A stretch of DNA of 58,483 nt, the filler included, from Sphacelaria rigidula (Eukaryota): assembly GCA_964200075.2 (NCBI GenBank). It is 9 parts of 9 records of this genome, joined end to end, with 100 filler letters (N's around TTAATTAATTAA, not from the genome) between each part and the next. Parts side by side here need not be neighbours in the genome. Positions count along the whole stretch, not along the records: positions 1 to 6,410 come from CAXNAA020020244.1; positions 6,511 to 12,920 come from CAXNAA020020245.1; positions 13,021 to 19,429 come from CAXNAA020020246.1; 6 more parts are not named here. One strand, written 5' to 3'. The stretch's first letter is position 1; the number at the start of each line of letters is the position of its first letter. The notes under the pieces were generated by a model. That model was given only the letters and a program-made list of their open reading frames with translations, was not told the origin of the DNA and did not search any database. Positions 1-13,130 of the stretch are shown here, one piece after another. Both the position numbers and the translations under genes were made by a program.

Positions 1-2421
1 CTGTTTTAGGCTTGAGCCTCATCTCGAAGTTAAACCTCAATTCTCACAATTTGTTGTTATAAGCAAAAGCCACAGCAACACAATAGACACATTATCGCGA
101 CACACGCACATATATATATATATAAATATATGTAGCGTGGCATTTGCGGAATACAACACGGCGGCTGCACACAAGGTACACGCCGCAGCACATTTGGTCA
201 AGAAGACGGAAGCCGTAAATTGTTTTCACCGATCCCGTGCTGACGAAATATTATGCAGTCCACCTCCCCCCCCTCTCGTTTCATCCACTAACCGACAGGG
301 GCTTTTACAATAAAAGTATCATCATCCATGACCTATTTTCAACTCTCAGGAAATGACACCCAGCCCCTCAGTCTCTCTCCTCTTCCCCCGCTTCACCTGT
401 CATTGCGAAGTGTACCACTTGACATAAAAAAATGGATGAAAAGTATGAATTCCACTTTTGCACCGAACACACAAGAAAAGACGATGAAAATGTAAACCCA
501 TCCATTGCCGTAATCAACTCCCACTGCCGCCATCTTCACCCACTGATGATCAAGCAAGTCAACATTACGGTGATATTCTATACTGAAGCCAAACGGGCGT
601 TGCCCACGGCGGGAGTATTGTGTAAGGACCCCATATCGACCTGCTATCCTCCTCAAATCAAACCGGACTGATAGCTGCATTCCCCACGATGTCAGTATAC
701 CATCAAAAGTATCGAGATATTTAACGAATAATGTCGGACTAAAAATCTGATGGGAAAAAAGGGGAGAAATTCGCGTGATCCGCAAAGTCCAAGTCATACT
801 GGAGTTGGTTGCCTTTTTTTCGGGCAAAAGTGAAACCAAGTTCTGATCGCTACTGACACATCGACGGCAATATGACGGCCGAAATGGGTGCTCCATATTT
901 GATGAGAGTGTATTAAAATTAACCCCCCCACACCCCCCCCCCGCCCTACAAGAGTTATTTTTCTTTCATCTCGACCCGAATTCCCCGCCGCCCCCTACGG
1001 ACCAGCACGCGCACATTTCATTCCCGCCACACCATTCGCAGCCTCAAATTACAAAAAAAAATGAAAGCTCCTCCTGCCTGTGTAGCTACATCGTCCACGT
1101 CCATCCGCCACCTTGTCCTTCCAAGACCGAAAAGCCTACATGCTTTCGTGGCAGCAACATTTGTTTTGTTTTGCGATCCCGAATAGTCTCACACCCGTCG
1201 GTCATTTTCCCCGTTTTTCAAGGTTTTCACTTCTTTTTCAAGATGCGTGCAAAATCACCAGTGAAGGACGGGAGTGAAAAAAAAAACGCCGATCAGGTCG
1301 AATCAAGTTGAGCAGACGCCGAGGCCGACAACGGGAGAGGGTGTCAGCTGTGGTCGGCGATCTCGTCATTTCTTTGACCCCAGCCATCCATTCAAGTGGT
1401 CTACCTACGCAATAATCACCACGCACAAACAACAGGAGCTGGGACGAGTCGATATGATGAAGAACATTTTTCTGAACGAGTAGTAAAAGTAGTCAACGTC
1501 GAGGTACCGCCTCGATCTTTGTTGAACCCTCATCCCCCGCCCCTCCACATCCGGACACCGACTATACAGTGCTAACCACACAAGCCGGAGAATAAAATTG
1601 CAAAACACACACACGCAACGTAACTTGCTTGGCGACCTCCTGCTACAACAGCACAAGAATGCTCACCGCTAGCTACCCCTCCCGTAACACCCCCCCTGAC
1701 ACCCCCGCTCATTTTTCCTCACGCGATCGTTGCATTCTCCTTTCTCACCACGAATTGTTCATACTACAGTACAGGTTTTGCGGAGTACTCCGAGTCGTCG
1801 ATCTCTTTTGTCCACGTGCTGATCTCTTTTGCGGATCCATCATTCTACCCGACCGTTACACGGACCGATCAGTAGAATCGCAAATGCGTCGATTTCTCCT
1901 CATGTCAACGACATTGTACTCTATATCGCATCGTGGTACACCTACATTCGTAGCTACCGTCGTTTCAAGATCAAGAGGCAAACCAAGAAAATATTCTCCC
2001 CGGCGGAAAGACAAGAATGAAACGAGACAAGATGAACAAACAGGAAAAACGACCGCCGCTGTCACATTTAGGATTTTATCGAGCCTGATGTTGCTCTGCA
2101 CGCAGACATCAAAGATATCAACCACGAGTGTGTATCGCCGGCTCCCACCCCTCCACTTCATGCCCCCCTATCGGCGTGTGATTTGAGGGTCATCCACACC
2201 ACCTGCTTGCTCAAACTGCAACATGGGACCCCTCAATAGAGCTGACGACGAGATCGACAACACGAGAAGTAAATGGCCGAGAGTACTAGCGAGCCTGAGT
2301 TCAAAATACCCCGTGCATGACAGACACGTGCTTCAAAAAGAGCCCCGTTGCATATGCTCAACAACAAGAACGCCTCCAACGCAGAAAACCGACACGAACT
2401 CCAACAGGATCAATAGTATAA

Positions 2422-5400
2422 CTAAATCATCCTCTCGATTCTGTTGTCAGGTACCGCCGGTGCCGGTGCCGGAGCCGGAGCCGGCGTCGGCTGCACTCCG
2501 TCCTCTCTCGGCTTGTCCTTGGACACCCCGCCGATCGGAATGCGCTCCATGCCGCCCTGCAGTACACTAGGAGCGGGCACCGGCGCCGTTACTACCACTG
2601 ACGGCGCTGCCGCCACCGCTCCCACGGACTCTGTCGAAAGCTCCATCCCGATCGCCTCCGAAGCCCCCATCGGCACCGGACCAGGAACATCGGCCGCCGT
2701 TGGTGCCACGGTTGGCGCCACAGTTGGCATCACGGTTGGCGCCACGGATGGCATCACGGTTGGCATCACGGATGGCGCAGCCGCTGCAACCGCTGCCGCC
2801 GCCGCCAGGGCACCGACGCCCTCGGGAACACCCCCCGGGGCAGCCTGGGTGCTCTCCACCTCCACCTCCATAGGCGTGGGTTCCACAGCCACCTGGTGCA
2901 CCGACGGAGGGGGAGGCAGCACCGCTAAAGAGGCGGCGGAAATGCCGGGCAAGATCGATTCGGTGGTGGCGGTTACTGGCGCCACCCCCACAGCTGACGG
3001 CGTCGGTGGCGGAGGGGTTGTCCCGACTTCCACCACCTCGGTGCTCATACTTTCCCCGTGGTCATTATTCAGGTCGCGTTCGAAGAGGCTGTGGATGGGC
3101 GGTCCGTGGCTGCCGGCGACGGCACTGGTGCTGGGAGGAACGAAAGCGGGACAGTACGGGAAGTTAAGTTAGTGCGCAAGAGGGTACGAAGGGGAAGTAT
3201 CACGCGGGTTTTGTCGGTGTACACGTGCGTGGTGCCTGCGTGATCGGATTTTGGTCGAGCGGAGGAATGCAGGAAGGGGCAAGCAAGCCGCTTCTTACTC
3301 ATGAAATATGAATAGATCAAAATGAACAGAACACCCCCTACGAAAAACCATCGCAAGACAGCTGACATCCACCGTCGGGCTCGAGAATAAAATCATGTTC
3401 TGTGAGTTCAGGTGCAAAATGTTGCGGGTGTCGCCACGGCGACGATTCGGTCATGTTCCATAAACGAACAGAGGAAATAGAAGAGAAACGCAGAAAGGGC
3501 CAAATACACAACAAAACGCGCGTACACTTCCTCTGTCCCATACGTTTGGGAACTTATGGTTTTACGAGCCCTGAACGGTGTGGTACTTGATTTCCGATCT
3601 TTTTAGTGCATTCGATGGCGTTTTTTGAGAAAAAACGAACGTGTATTCTACATCGTGGGTGCTTGACCCATGCAGCCGCACGGTCGAGAAAAAGTAGGTG
3701 GGTCCAGAAAACGGCAACTTTTCGCTCGTTCTCCCAGGAAAGCATGAGAGACCCGGGAAGACGAAAAATCGCGAAGAATGGGCCAGAAACTGTGAAAATC
3801 GCGGAACCACGATTGATTTTGGATATGTCCGTGACGTTCACCTACGCACGCCCCATCAAACATTTTTTTAGCATGTAGTTGCTAGTGCTCGACGTGAAAA
3901 CGTCCAAAATCGATCAATCAATGATGAGGAATAATTGGATCAAAAAGGGTCAGAATGGGTATATTTGGACACTATTTTAGTGTAGATAACAAACTCTTTT
4001 AGTTTTTGCATCAGCTTCGTTTGCAATATATCTTTCTAACGAACCCAACTATGAAATGATCGTCAACATTTGAACACACAAACGATCAAATGCCCATAAG
4101 TTCCCAGACTTGAGGGACAAAAGAATATATATATATATATATATATATGCATATTTCCTTCTTGCTCATGCTTCGTACCCCTTGCCCGCCTCGGAACGTG
4201 CCCGCAGTCTGCAGAAATCAAGAAGCATCTTACATTTTTCGTACTGTATCGCGGATTTTTGCACCTGCACTACCGCACCACGTCGACTGTCGTGAAGCAT
4301 AACTTCCTACTCCACTCACGTCCAAACGCTTTCAATGAAGGGATTTCGATATTCCCGGCTGAAAAATTAATTAAAACAATGAGAAGCTGAACGTGAAGGG
4401 GTCTGGCTGTGCAATGCTCCCGTTCTTTTGTGTGTGGTAAATCTCAAGCACCTAGCCCGCTAGCGGTACTTGCTATCAACATTCGTAGGTGCAGAGGAGA
4501 CAGGAGATGGAAGCGGAAGTCGCAAAACTGTTCGTCCATTGTATTATTTTGCTAGCGGCGTCCTGCGATCCGCCCCCTCCGCAAAAACGTTAACTCGAAA
4601 GAGACTTGAGAGTGCAAATGCACAAGCACGGCTGACCCCGGTATATATATTATACATGATGTATCATTTGGGATACATATTGAAAATTGGTGGGGGGGAA
4701 AATGGGCGAGCAAACCGAAAGAATAAAATGAAAAATCCGAAAAAAAACTATGTGCGGCAGAATTTTGTACAGAACAGGTCGTACAGACAAATGAAAAAAA
4801 AAAATGTCCTGCAGAGTGTCATATACCCGTACCACGGACCACAACATATCATCCCTTCCATTCAGACCCGCGGTCGGACGAGTATCACAACAGTTTTCGA
4901 CACACACAGGGATGAAGTAAACTTCAACCGGAAACCGTCACGATCACGTCTGGAAAATGACATCATATTTTACTGCGCGGGAGGTGGCACAACAATATTT
5001 TGATCGCCAGATTGGTTCAGTTGGATTTTGCGCCTCATTTTTCTAAGCGAAAAAAATGATGCCCACTCAACTCCGATAGTCTCAGGATTAGTAAGGGTCA
5101 AGACTTTGACTGACCTGTCATTGACTGACCTGTCGTCCCCAGTCCGTGCACGCTTGTTGCGGTGGCCCGCGTCATCATCAACTTCGGCTGCCTTCACGCC
5201 ACCTGAGTGCGGTTGAATAAAAAAAGCAAGGGGACAAAACAGCGACAAGCGAAAAATTGTGACGCCATGTATCCACCGCTACTATCGACACATCGAGCTA
5301 CTACAATATTCACAAATATGTATTACATTGGCAATTGCCACCAATTTATCATCATCATTTCTTCCGTGGTGGTCACGGACGTAGACTCGTTTTTCCAGTA

Positions 5401-5494
5401 CCGTCACTCCCATATTCCTTACATGATATGGAAACGCTTATTGAGCGGCGTCTTGTGAGACTCCCAAAACAAACCAAGCTCAAAGAAAAAACAT

Positions 5495-5532
<38 letters not shown>

Positions 5533-6257
5533 AGACGCCAAGAAAATGGAAGAGAAAAACTCTCCCCCGAAGCTGGTCGGGGTGGTGGTGAAGCAAACAA
5601 ATCACATCGTACCAATAATGTAAACAAAGCGAAGGAACTACCGAGAGAACACAAGGGATATCGTCAAGACACTTAATCGATACCGACTGTAAATCACGAC
5701 GGAACGTGGTACATCAATTATATCCAGGGATGATGATGATGATGATGACCGAGGCACGATCGGGTTCTCGCCCAATCGCGCCCGGCGACCAAAGTCGCTT
5801 CAAAATAAGAAGCTGCCGTTGCCCTCACGATCATGACCAACGTAACGATCCGGCATCTGCGTCCTCTCGCCCAACGTCTCGAGGACGCAGTCACCGACTA
5901 CGCAAGCAACCCTCCCGAGGCTCACCCTTGTGACGCGTCTGTTTGCGAGTAGTCTCCACGTCCCGGCTCACCGTCCGCCCACTCCTCGTGGTTCTCGTGT
6001 TGCCACCGGCCGCCGCAAGGGCCCCGTCGTCCACCTGCCCCCCCACGGCGCCCGCGCCGTCGGCACCGCTAGCGGCGGCGCGTGCCCGCCTGCGGTTGGC
6101 GCCCTCGGTATCGTCTTCAGTGTCCGAGCCATCGGTAGAGCTGTCGTTGCCGTCGTTTGCGCGCGGGCCGCGGCGCGAGGAGTAGCGAAGAGTTCTCTTG
6201 CTGCGGCGTGACTGCGGGGGGGGTGGGGGGATGCCTGCTGCAGCGGCCTTCTTCATC
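2422..6257 (-). CDS. 3' part of a spliced gene, unknown low-complexity (Ala/Pro/Arg-rich) protein
   Basis: Four exons with GT-AG boundaries and consistent phases: 6257-5926, 5202-5130, 4358-4320, 3130-2422 (TAG stop). Spliced translation ...RKQTRHKG-GVKAAEVDDDAGHRNKRARTGDDS-REYRNPFIESVWT-TSAVAGSHGPPIHSLFERD...NRIERMI*. No domain recognised; 5' end is beyond the contig edge. Confidence 0.7.
3528..4125. mobile_element. Non-autonomous TIR element (MITE-like) in an intron
   Basis: About 30-bp imperfect inverted ends: CTCTGTCCCATACGTTTGGGAACTTATGG versus CCATAAGTTCCCAGACTTGAGGGACAAAAG. No coding capacity; right end abuts (TA)n. Confidence 0.6.
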
Positions 6258-6305
6258 CTGTCGGTTCGACGTTTTCATCGTGTGTTGTAGGGATGGCGAA
6301 AAAAT

Positions 6306-6345
<40 letters not shown>

Positions 6346-6410
6346 GGGGGGGGGGCGGGGGGAAGGAAGAAAATAAAAAAAAAAAATCGGAGGGTGTGGG
6401 GGATGCCGTT

Positions 6411-6510
6411 NNNNNNNNNNNNNNNNNNNNNNNNNNNNNNNNNNNNNNNNNNNNTTAATTAATTAANNNNNNNNNNNNNNNNNNNNNNNNNNNNNNNNNN
6501 NNNNNNNNNN
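6411..6510. other. Artificial contig linker (first of eight)
   Basis: N44-TTAATTAATTAA-N44, which puts stops in all six frames. Identical linkers at 12921-13020, 19430-19529, 25939-26038, 32448-32547, 38957-39056, 45466-45565 and 51975-52074. Confidence 0.98.
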
Positions 6511-6890
6511 TTTCTTTTGGCCCTGCTTCAGGTTCATGTTTTTCCTCCTCTCTTCTTTTTTTTTTTTTTTCTCCCCTCTTTTTAATTGCACGTGTTCATT
6601 TCTATGTCTCCTTTCTGTAGAGTCGGTGGCTGAGAGTTCCTGTCGGATTTTATCGTCTCCAAATATCTGACTCACAACTTCTGCGACCTCCCATCTGAAT
6701 TCCTGGCTGGGACCTGTCGGGGCGGTTTCCAGGGACCGTTACTATAATAGTCATTGCAGTAGCCCGGCGTCCGTGTCAATCTAGTCCAGTTGGTTTCTGT
6801 ATATTTATTTTCCTTTTCGCTCCTTCTGTCGAGTTTTCTTTCGCGAGTGTTCCCATTCGTTTTCCTAGGGTATAGCTCTAGCTTTCTGAG

Positions 6891-9800
6891 GTGATCGCGG
6901 CTGGATTCGTGGTAGATTGGGCAATGTTGGTGTTAATGTTATTATTGATCTGCGACAACCAATCAAGGAACAGCTTGAATGGATCAATCTATTCATCAAA
7001 CAATCACCTGTGGTCAACGCGCAATTCGTGGTTGAGAGTGTTGACGCGGTGAGTTGCACGCCCAGTAGCTCACTGCAGAACTTTTGTGATCCATACCCGC
7101 TGTTCTTTACGTCAAGGAAGCAGCCCAACTCTGTCAGGATTGTATCATCTTGTGTTCTAGCTCCATGACGTATCCGGTGCGAAATTAAATGTCCCAAAGA
7201 CGCATTCCACGTACTTCTCCGATCGATGCAGTCCCGCAGTGTAGATAAAGCTGCAGCTGAGGCACCGTAGTTTACTTCCGCGCGGGGGACTACATCTTTA
7301 TCTCCGAGAAAAGTGCCCTTCATTAAATTATTTTGCTACCCTTTCATAAATTATCATTTTCATGAATAAACACATTTCAAGATATTATCCCAAAATACTG
7401 AGCCTTAGTGGGCATGTTTATTCACACTGAGGCGATCTCCGAGAGTCATGAAACGTGCCATGCAACGAGCAACAGCAAGAACAATGGCGACACTGGTGTA
7501 GACAATGTTATAGACCATAGTGTAGTGTAGTGTGTCTCGGAGATAAAAAAAAAAAAGGTAAGCAAGGGTGTCTTGTCATGTCTGTCGCACCAAGGTACTT
7601 GTACGACCGATTAGTGATTGCGGCGTCACGATTCATTCCACCGGGGATAACGACAATCAGAGTTTGGACGACCACGACCTAGCGCCAATATGCACGGAGG
7701 GACAAGTTCGTGGACGATATGCAAAAATACGGTGGTCGATCAGCAGCTGCGAATGCGGCCACGGCGCGCTTTGAAGATGGAAAAAGAGACTTGATCGAGA
7801 GACTCATATTCACGTGATATTTGAAGCCGAAAGTACCCTCGGAGACAATCTCGCGCAACGCATCTGTTGCGGGATATCCTTGCTCGCCATGTCGATTAGG
7901 TACTCTCTTTTAGCTTCGAGAGAGAATTGCTGGGCGGCGGGAGTGTGCACGGAAGAGGGGTCGGAGCTTTATGTCTTCGGGCCGCAGATGACCCACGGGG
8001 AGGCGAGTTCGGAATGCATTTAAAGTGTCGATGCAGGTCTGCATCTGAAGCTGTTGCTGCAATAGTTTTAGTGATCAGAGATCAGGATGGATTTTGCTAC
8101 TGATTGGTTCTCTGTCTGCTTCGCCCAGAGCGACTGGATTGGGACCATTTTCCGTACCCAGGGACAAAGCGGCTGACTTTTTCCTGCCTTTTGAATATTT
8201 TTTGCGCTCCCAAGTCAGCCTATTATATGAGTGCATACGTGGCTGTAGACTGCAGTGGCCCTTCGACTAATAAGCATATGGGATACTTGAATGTAGAAGT
8301 AAACTTACACAAAAATCAAGGTACAGAGTGGTTCATATGCGTGCATGGTAGAGTATGGACTCAGATACACCGCTTCATGGTCAAAGATTTGACTGAGTTC
8401 TTGACTGTCATCGTAACGATTTCTTGACTGACATCGTAACGAGGAAGATACGGGGTTTTGAATGCTGCATATTAGTGTGTGTGATGGAATGTCCCCAGCT
8501 TGGATACGTGGTGGCCGCGTAGCGGTGTGCGGTGCTGGGCAATGGCACAAGGGCGTCATCAACTTCAACGCTATAGGTTGCCCACACTGGTACTCTATTG
8601 GCGCCTTGTGCAGTGCGAGATGTTGAAGCCGTTTTCCCGTATGCTGTGTTGCCGAGCTCAAGTCTTTCGCTGAAGTGCACGTATGCGGATTTTGTGATGA
8701 TGCTGACGGCAAGCTCATGTGACCGGCGCTTTCATCGACTTCCGTGCTGTAGTGAGATCTCATCGTCACAATCTCCATTCGTAATTCAGAATAACGGCGA
8801 CGGGGAACACGGCCAAAGGTTGTTGTGTGTCACTGTTGGTCGCCACATGAACAAGAGGCGATGCCGGCTTTTCTCACTCATTCCTCCCCCGTGCCCTTCC
8901 CGTGGCAGTGGGTGTACCTGGCGGTAACGTACGATGGTGTCGTGGTGCGCCTATACGTCAACTCCAAGCTCGTGGCTCAGGTACACTATGGCGCTATTGA
9001 TTAGACTCGAAGTAGTGGTTGCAGCACAATGCACGTGGAATTTGAGCAGATGATCTCAGCGATGGATAGATCATGCGCGTGTTCTGAGGAGCTCATTACC
9101 TCGGTCTTCTTGCCGACTTCATTGCGCACGCCTGTCTCCTATCATCGATCATGTGTGACCCCATCATGTATGACACTGTCATGTATGACACTATAACATA
9201 ACACTATGACACCATTAATCCAGTGGGACGACGCGTGATGGAAACGTACATGTATCGCCACTACGTCAGGTTTATCCTGTTGCGACTCGTTATGTATTCC
9301 CTGTTTTAAAGTGCGGAGGTTTCACGTGCTAGCAGGTTGAACTTCATGTTGCATTGGAACGTCGAAGATTGGAAAGAAATGCTGAGCACGAGAAAGCCCT
9401 AGAGACGATACGACAAGATGAGAACCAGGCGAGGAATCGGTGCAAGGTAAGCTCGCCTTCCGTTTGACCATATTCCACACTAGTCGGAGGGGAAGTGCAG
9501 CGCATCTCTTCGCCACGGGTGGCAATGAACAGTGTGTGGGTGTGGCCATTATCAAAATGTGTCACATCCCGGAACGACTATGATATGAGCCCGGCAACCC
9601 GTTCTGATTGTTTACGCGGCGCATGCAGATAGCAACAGAAAAAGAGCTGGAGCATTATCTTCGAACACGCGAGGGTGAGGTGAAACTGACTCGTGCAGCT
9701 CATAAGATTCGAGAAAAGGCGACCTTTGCCTGGCAAATGGATCGAGAAGCAGCCTCCAGGGGTGTGACGAAAATGTCGAAGTCCGAGGCCAAGGCGCAGG

Positions 9801-11808
9801 CCCGGCTAGAGATCAAGACCGAGCTCTACATGAGAAATGTGCAAAAGGTGAACATTGTATAACTTTGTGACGCGACATTACCATGATCCCACGGCTCACG
9901 ATGGGCGCGACATCAATTTTGTGGTGCGTCTTTCGACATTTACTAACCAGCTCACGTCCACGGAAGGTTGCCCAAGAGTACAAGCGTAGGCGGGACGAGG
10001 TCGAAGATTTGGCTGCACAGGAGCGCGAGGAGATTTTGGAACGTGCCGAAAAATCACTACGTGTGGGCGCCATGTGTCGGTGCAGAAGATCTATGAACGG
10101 ACGCAACTTTTTTTTTGGCGACGTGTGTCATGTGGCCGTCTACCTCACCGCGCTTCCTGGGGACACGATCAGGGCCCACCATTTTGCAGGGGTGCAAACG
10201 AGCTCCTTAGAATGTGATCGTCTCTATGCCCTGGCGGGGGTCAAGTTTCGGGCGGCATTGTCATTTGCCCCTGATGACGACGAGATCATCTCGAGGTACG
10301 CGCAAAGCATCATAAACTATCTGGAGCTGGAATCCGTGCAGGTGACGCCAATGGAACCATAATGTAGTTTGCGCAGTTGTGGTAGCAGTGCGCAGGGCGT
10401 TCGTTTCACTCATCCAACATACCCTCATGCTATACGAAATGACGCAGAGCAAAAATCCCCGAAGAAGCCAGGCGATTGTGGGAGATGCTGTGGAAATGTT
10501 TATTCAAATGGAAAATTGGGATGGACTGGCGGTAATATTTTCTCAGCTTCCGTCAGGTATGGCCATTGCACTTGCCAACAGGTCATGGGTGAATTGTGCC
10601 CTCCGTGCGACATATAGTACCACATTTCTTTACCGAGCGTCCAGCGACGATGCTGACCAACAACCTTCAAGAAAAGCTTCACATAATAATAAAACAGACG
10701 TTCGCTACTGGATGCCAAGCGTTATCGTAGCACTCGCACAACTTGGGATGATGCAACGCTATTCATCTTCAGATAGGCACGTGAGGTGTCACGTGGGGTC
10801 CCAGGTAACTCCCTTGCTTTCGTCGTATGGCCACCGCAGCTCCTTTATATTCAGGATCTTTTTGCCAAGCGTTCTTAGCTACGGTGGAAGCACGCCCGAC
10901 GTACTATGCATCATCGTCGCAGATGCCTCTGAAGAAGCTCGCACACATGCCGAAGAAGTTCTACCTGGATTTGCCTGGTGCTGACAATACCATGGTAAGT
11001 GCGTAGGTACACAGCACTCATGGAGTCAGTCCCCGACAGGCCTGTCCATTCAGCCTTTTCACTTTGCCGTCCAAGACTCATGATCCCCACTCAGGCGTTG
11101 CTACCCCCGTTTGCCACTAAGCGCACTGCAACCGACGTTCTTCTCTGCACATATGCGGGTCACGGCCTCCGAATAGTGATCTACCTGCCTGGGATGACAT
11201 AGGCGATCCTGTAAAATTCGTGTGGCGACCCTTTTACATGACATTTTTTCGCATGTGCTTGTCCTGGTAAAAAACAACGTACAGTAGCTTTGCGCACACG
11301 AAAACATCAGTCGAGATGCACCACAGCAGGGCATGACATGCGCAAGCTGCCCGCTTGATACGAACATCTCTCTCCGCAGACAGAGGTGGCCGCAGCGGTG
11401 TATCGTCTGGTGCTTGCGGACCTTAGTCTGGCGGATATATTCGGGCAGGTGGATCTGTCGTGGCTGCCTATTGTCAAGTCAGCTTCCACCGTGGTGAGCT
11501 TTGCGCAGCCCTGTTGCTGCTGTTCTAGACGCCATTTACGAATTATGTGCTCACCGCTCTTTCGTACAGCAAATGAGCAAATGGCAACCCAGACCACAGT
11601 CACCCTAGTCACCGGTGGAAATGGCCCCCTCTCCCGTGTTGTTTGCCCAGGTGGCAACGGTCTTGCAGGCAGAGTCAGACGACGACGAACGGGTCGTAGA
11701 CCTCGAGAAGTATCACTTAGACTGCTCCGACGTGGAAGAAAGTGACGTCATGGCGGTCATCGATAACCGCCGTCTAGCGGTGGTGGTCAACTTGACTGAC
11801 TGCAAGCG
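6891..11808 (+). CDS. Partial multi-exon gene: LamG/concanavalin-A-like domain interrupted by a coiled coil, followed by probable start of LRRs
   Basis: Phase-consistent exons 7595-7731 (tentative), 7900-8002, 8909-8980, 9336-9446, 9629-9847, 9967-10341, 10448-10556, 10840-10994, 11380-11493, 11651-11808; 6891-7048 is a likely upstream exon. Motifs WVYLAVTYDGVVVRLYVNSKLV and LRVGA...FFFGDVCHVAVYLTAL are LamG-like. The last exon ends ...VVVNLTDCK, resembling a cysteine-containing LRR. Confidence 0.72.
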
Positions 11809-13130
11809 GTAAGAGTTCATGTGATGCAGTAGAGAGTGCGCAAGTCACCCAGTGTCATTAAGCGCTAGATTTTTCAAGTCCGGTATTGCAAACCTCACAA
11901 GAGTCTACAGTAGCCCGCTTTTCCCATTCGCTGGTCTCCTCCGCAAGTAAAATTCAACCTGAGACGAAAATAATACCACGCCATTTTCATGTTTTCCCAT
12001 TTCCATCTGGATTTTTGTTCGGAGGTCGTTCTCGCAACTTTGCAGCCTAGCGGATCGGAAAAGTGCACTGGGCTCCTCTCTGCGAGGTGATATATAGTGT
12101 TGAGGACACGTGGTGACGGTATTGCCTGTTTTCAGCTCGAAAACCGTGTCAAATGTCCCAAAAGTGAAAGATCGGGCCAACAAAAAGAATCACCACAAAA
12201 GTACGGTAAAATAGGGTACAATTTCTTAACCCGGTTTTCGATATACTGTATTCAAACACGAGAAGTCAATAATCAAACCCCGAGAAACCTCACAGCAAGC
12301 TTGAGACGGTTCATCGGATGTATCCGAGAAAGCAGAAATGCTCTGCATTGGGCACGTGCTCTTGACACTCACGCGGAGTACGGGATCTCAAAATAATGTG
12401 TGTATGTCTACATCTCTACCTGTCTACATACAGTATTACAACGTTGTGAGGCTCGGACGATACAGAGTCCATACGGGTTGACTGACTCATGAATGTTGGG
12501 TGTGATTTATGTGCCGGGAAGCCACCACGTGTCAATCGCGGATGAGAAACTTCACGTGCAAGGTAGTATCGCATAAATTTCGAACGGGATTGTGTACGCT
12601 TCAGAAAATATCACACGAATAAAAAGTACTCGTACAAAATATGAATGAAGTACAGTTCTTGTACAAATCGCTAGTGAGGAAAATGTCAATTTAATTTATT
12701 CCGGACGAATCGCGAGTGAAGAGTTTATTATACAGCTGATGCATGTCGCATGAACGACAGATGAGAAGCATGTACAAATAAAACCTCCTCGCGAATGGGG
12801 TTCAACGTCGCGCTGGGGTTCAACCCGCCTTCGATTTTGGGGATTTATGCCGAAATGCTTGAACGAAAGCAATTTCGGATAACGTTCATTTCTGTTGAAA
12901 GGTGAGCCAGCGTGGCTGGGNNNNNNNNNNNNNNNNNNNNNNNNNNNNNNNNNNNNNNNNNNNNTTAATTAATTAANNNNNNNNNNNNNNNNNNNNNNNN
13001 NNNNNNNNNNNNNNNNNNNNAACGGGAGAGCTTTATTTTGGAGGGCGTTACCCCCGTGGGCGTCCCCCCTTTGATATTTGGGCTTGGCCCCCCCCTCCCC
13101 CCCCCCCCCCCCCTGTCGCCTCCTTTACAG

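Noticed and set aside
2444..3172. 242-aa plus-strand ORF and similar antisense ORFs (5988-type overlaps, 55988-56569, 14164-14658)
   Set aside because: These are shadows of GC-rich exons on the opposite strand.
6455..6466. Periodic TTAATTAATTAA palindrome every ~6.5 kb as a biological motif
   Set aside because: It is always centred in an N-gap and is an artificial six-frame-stop linker.
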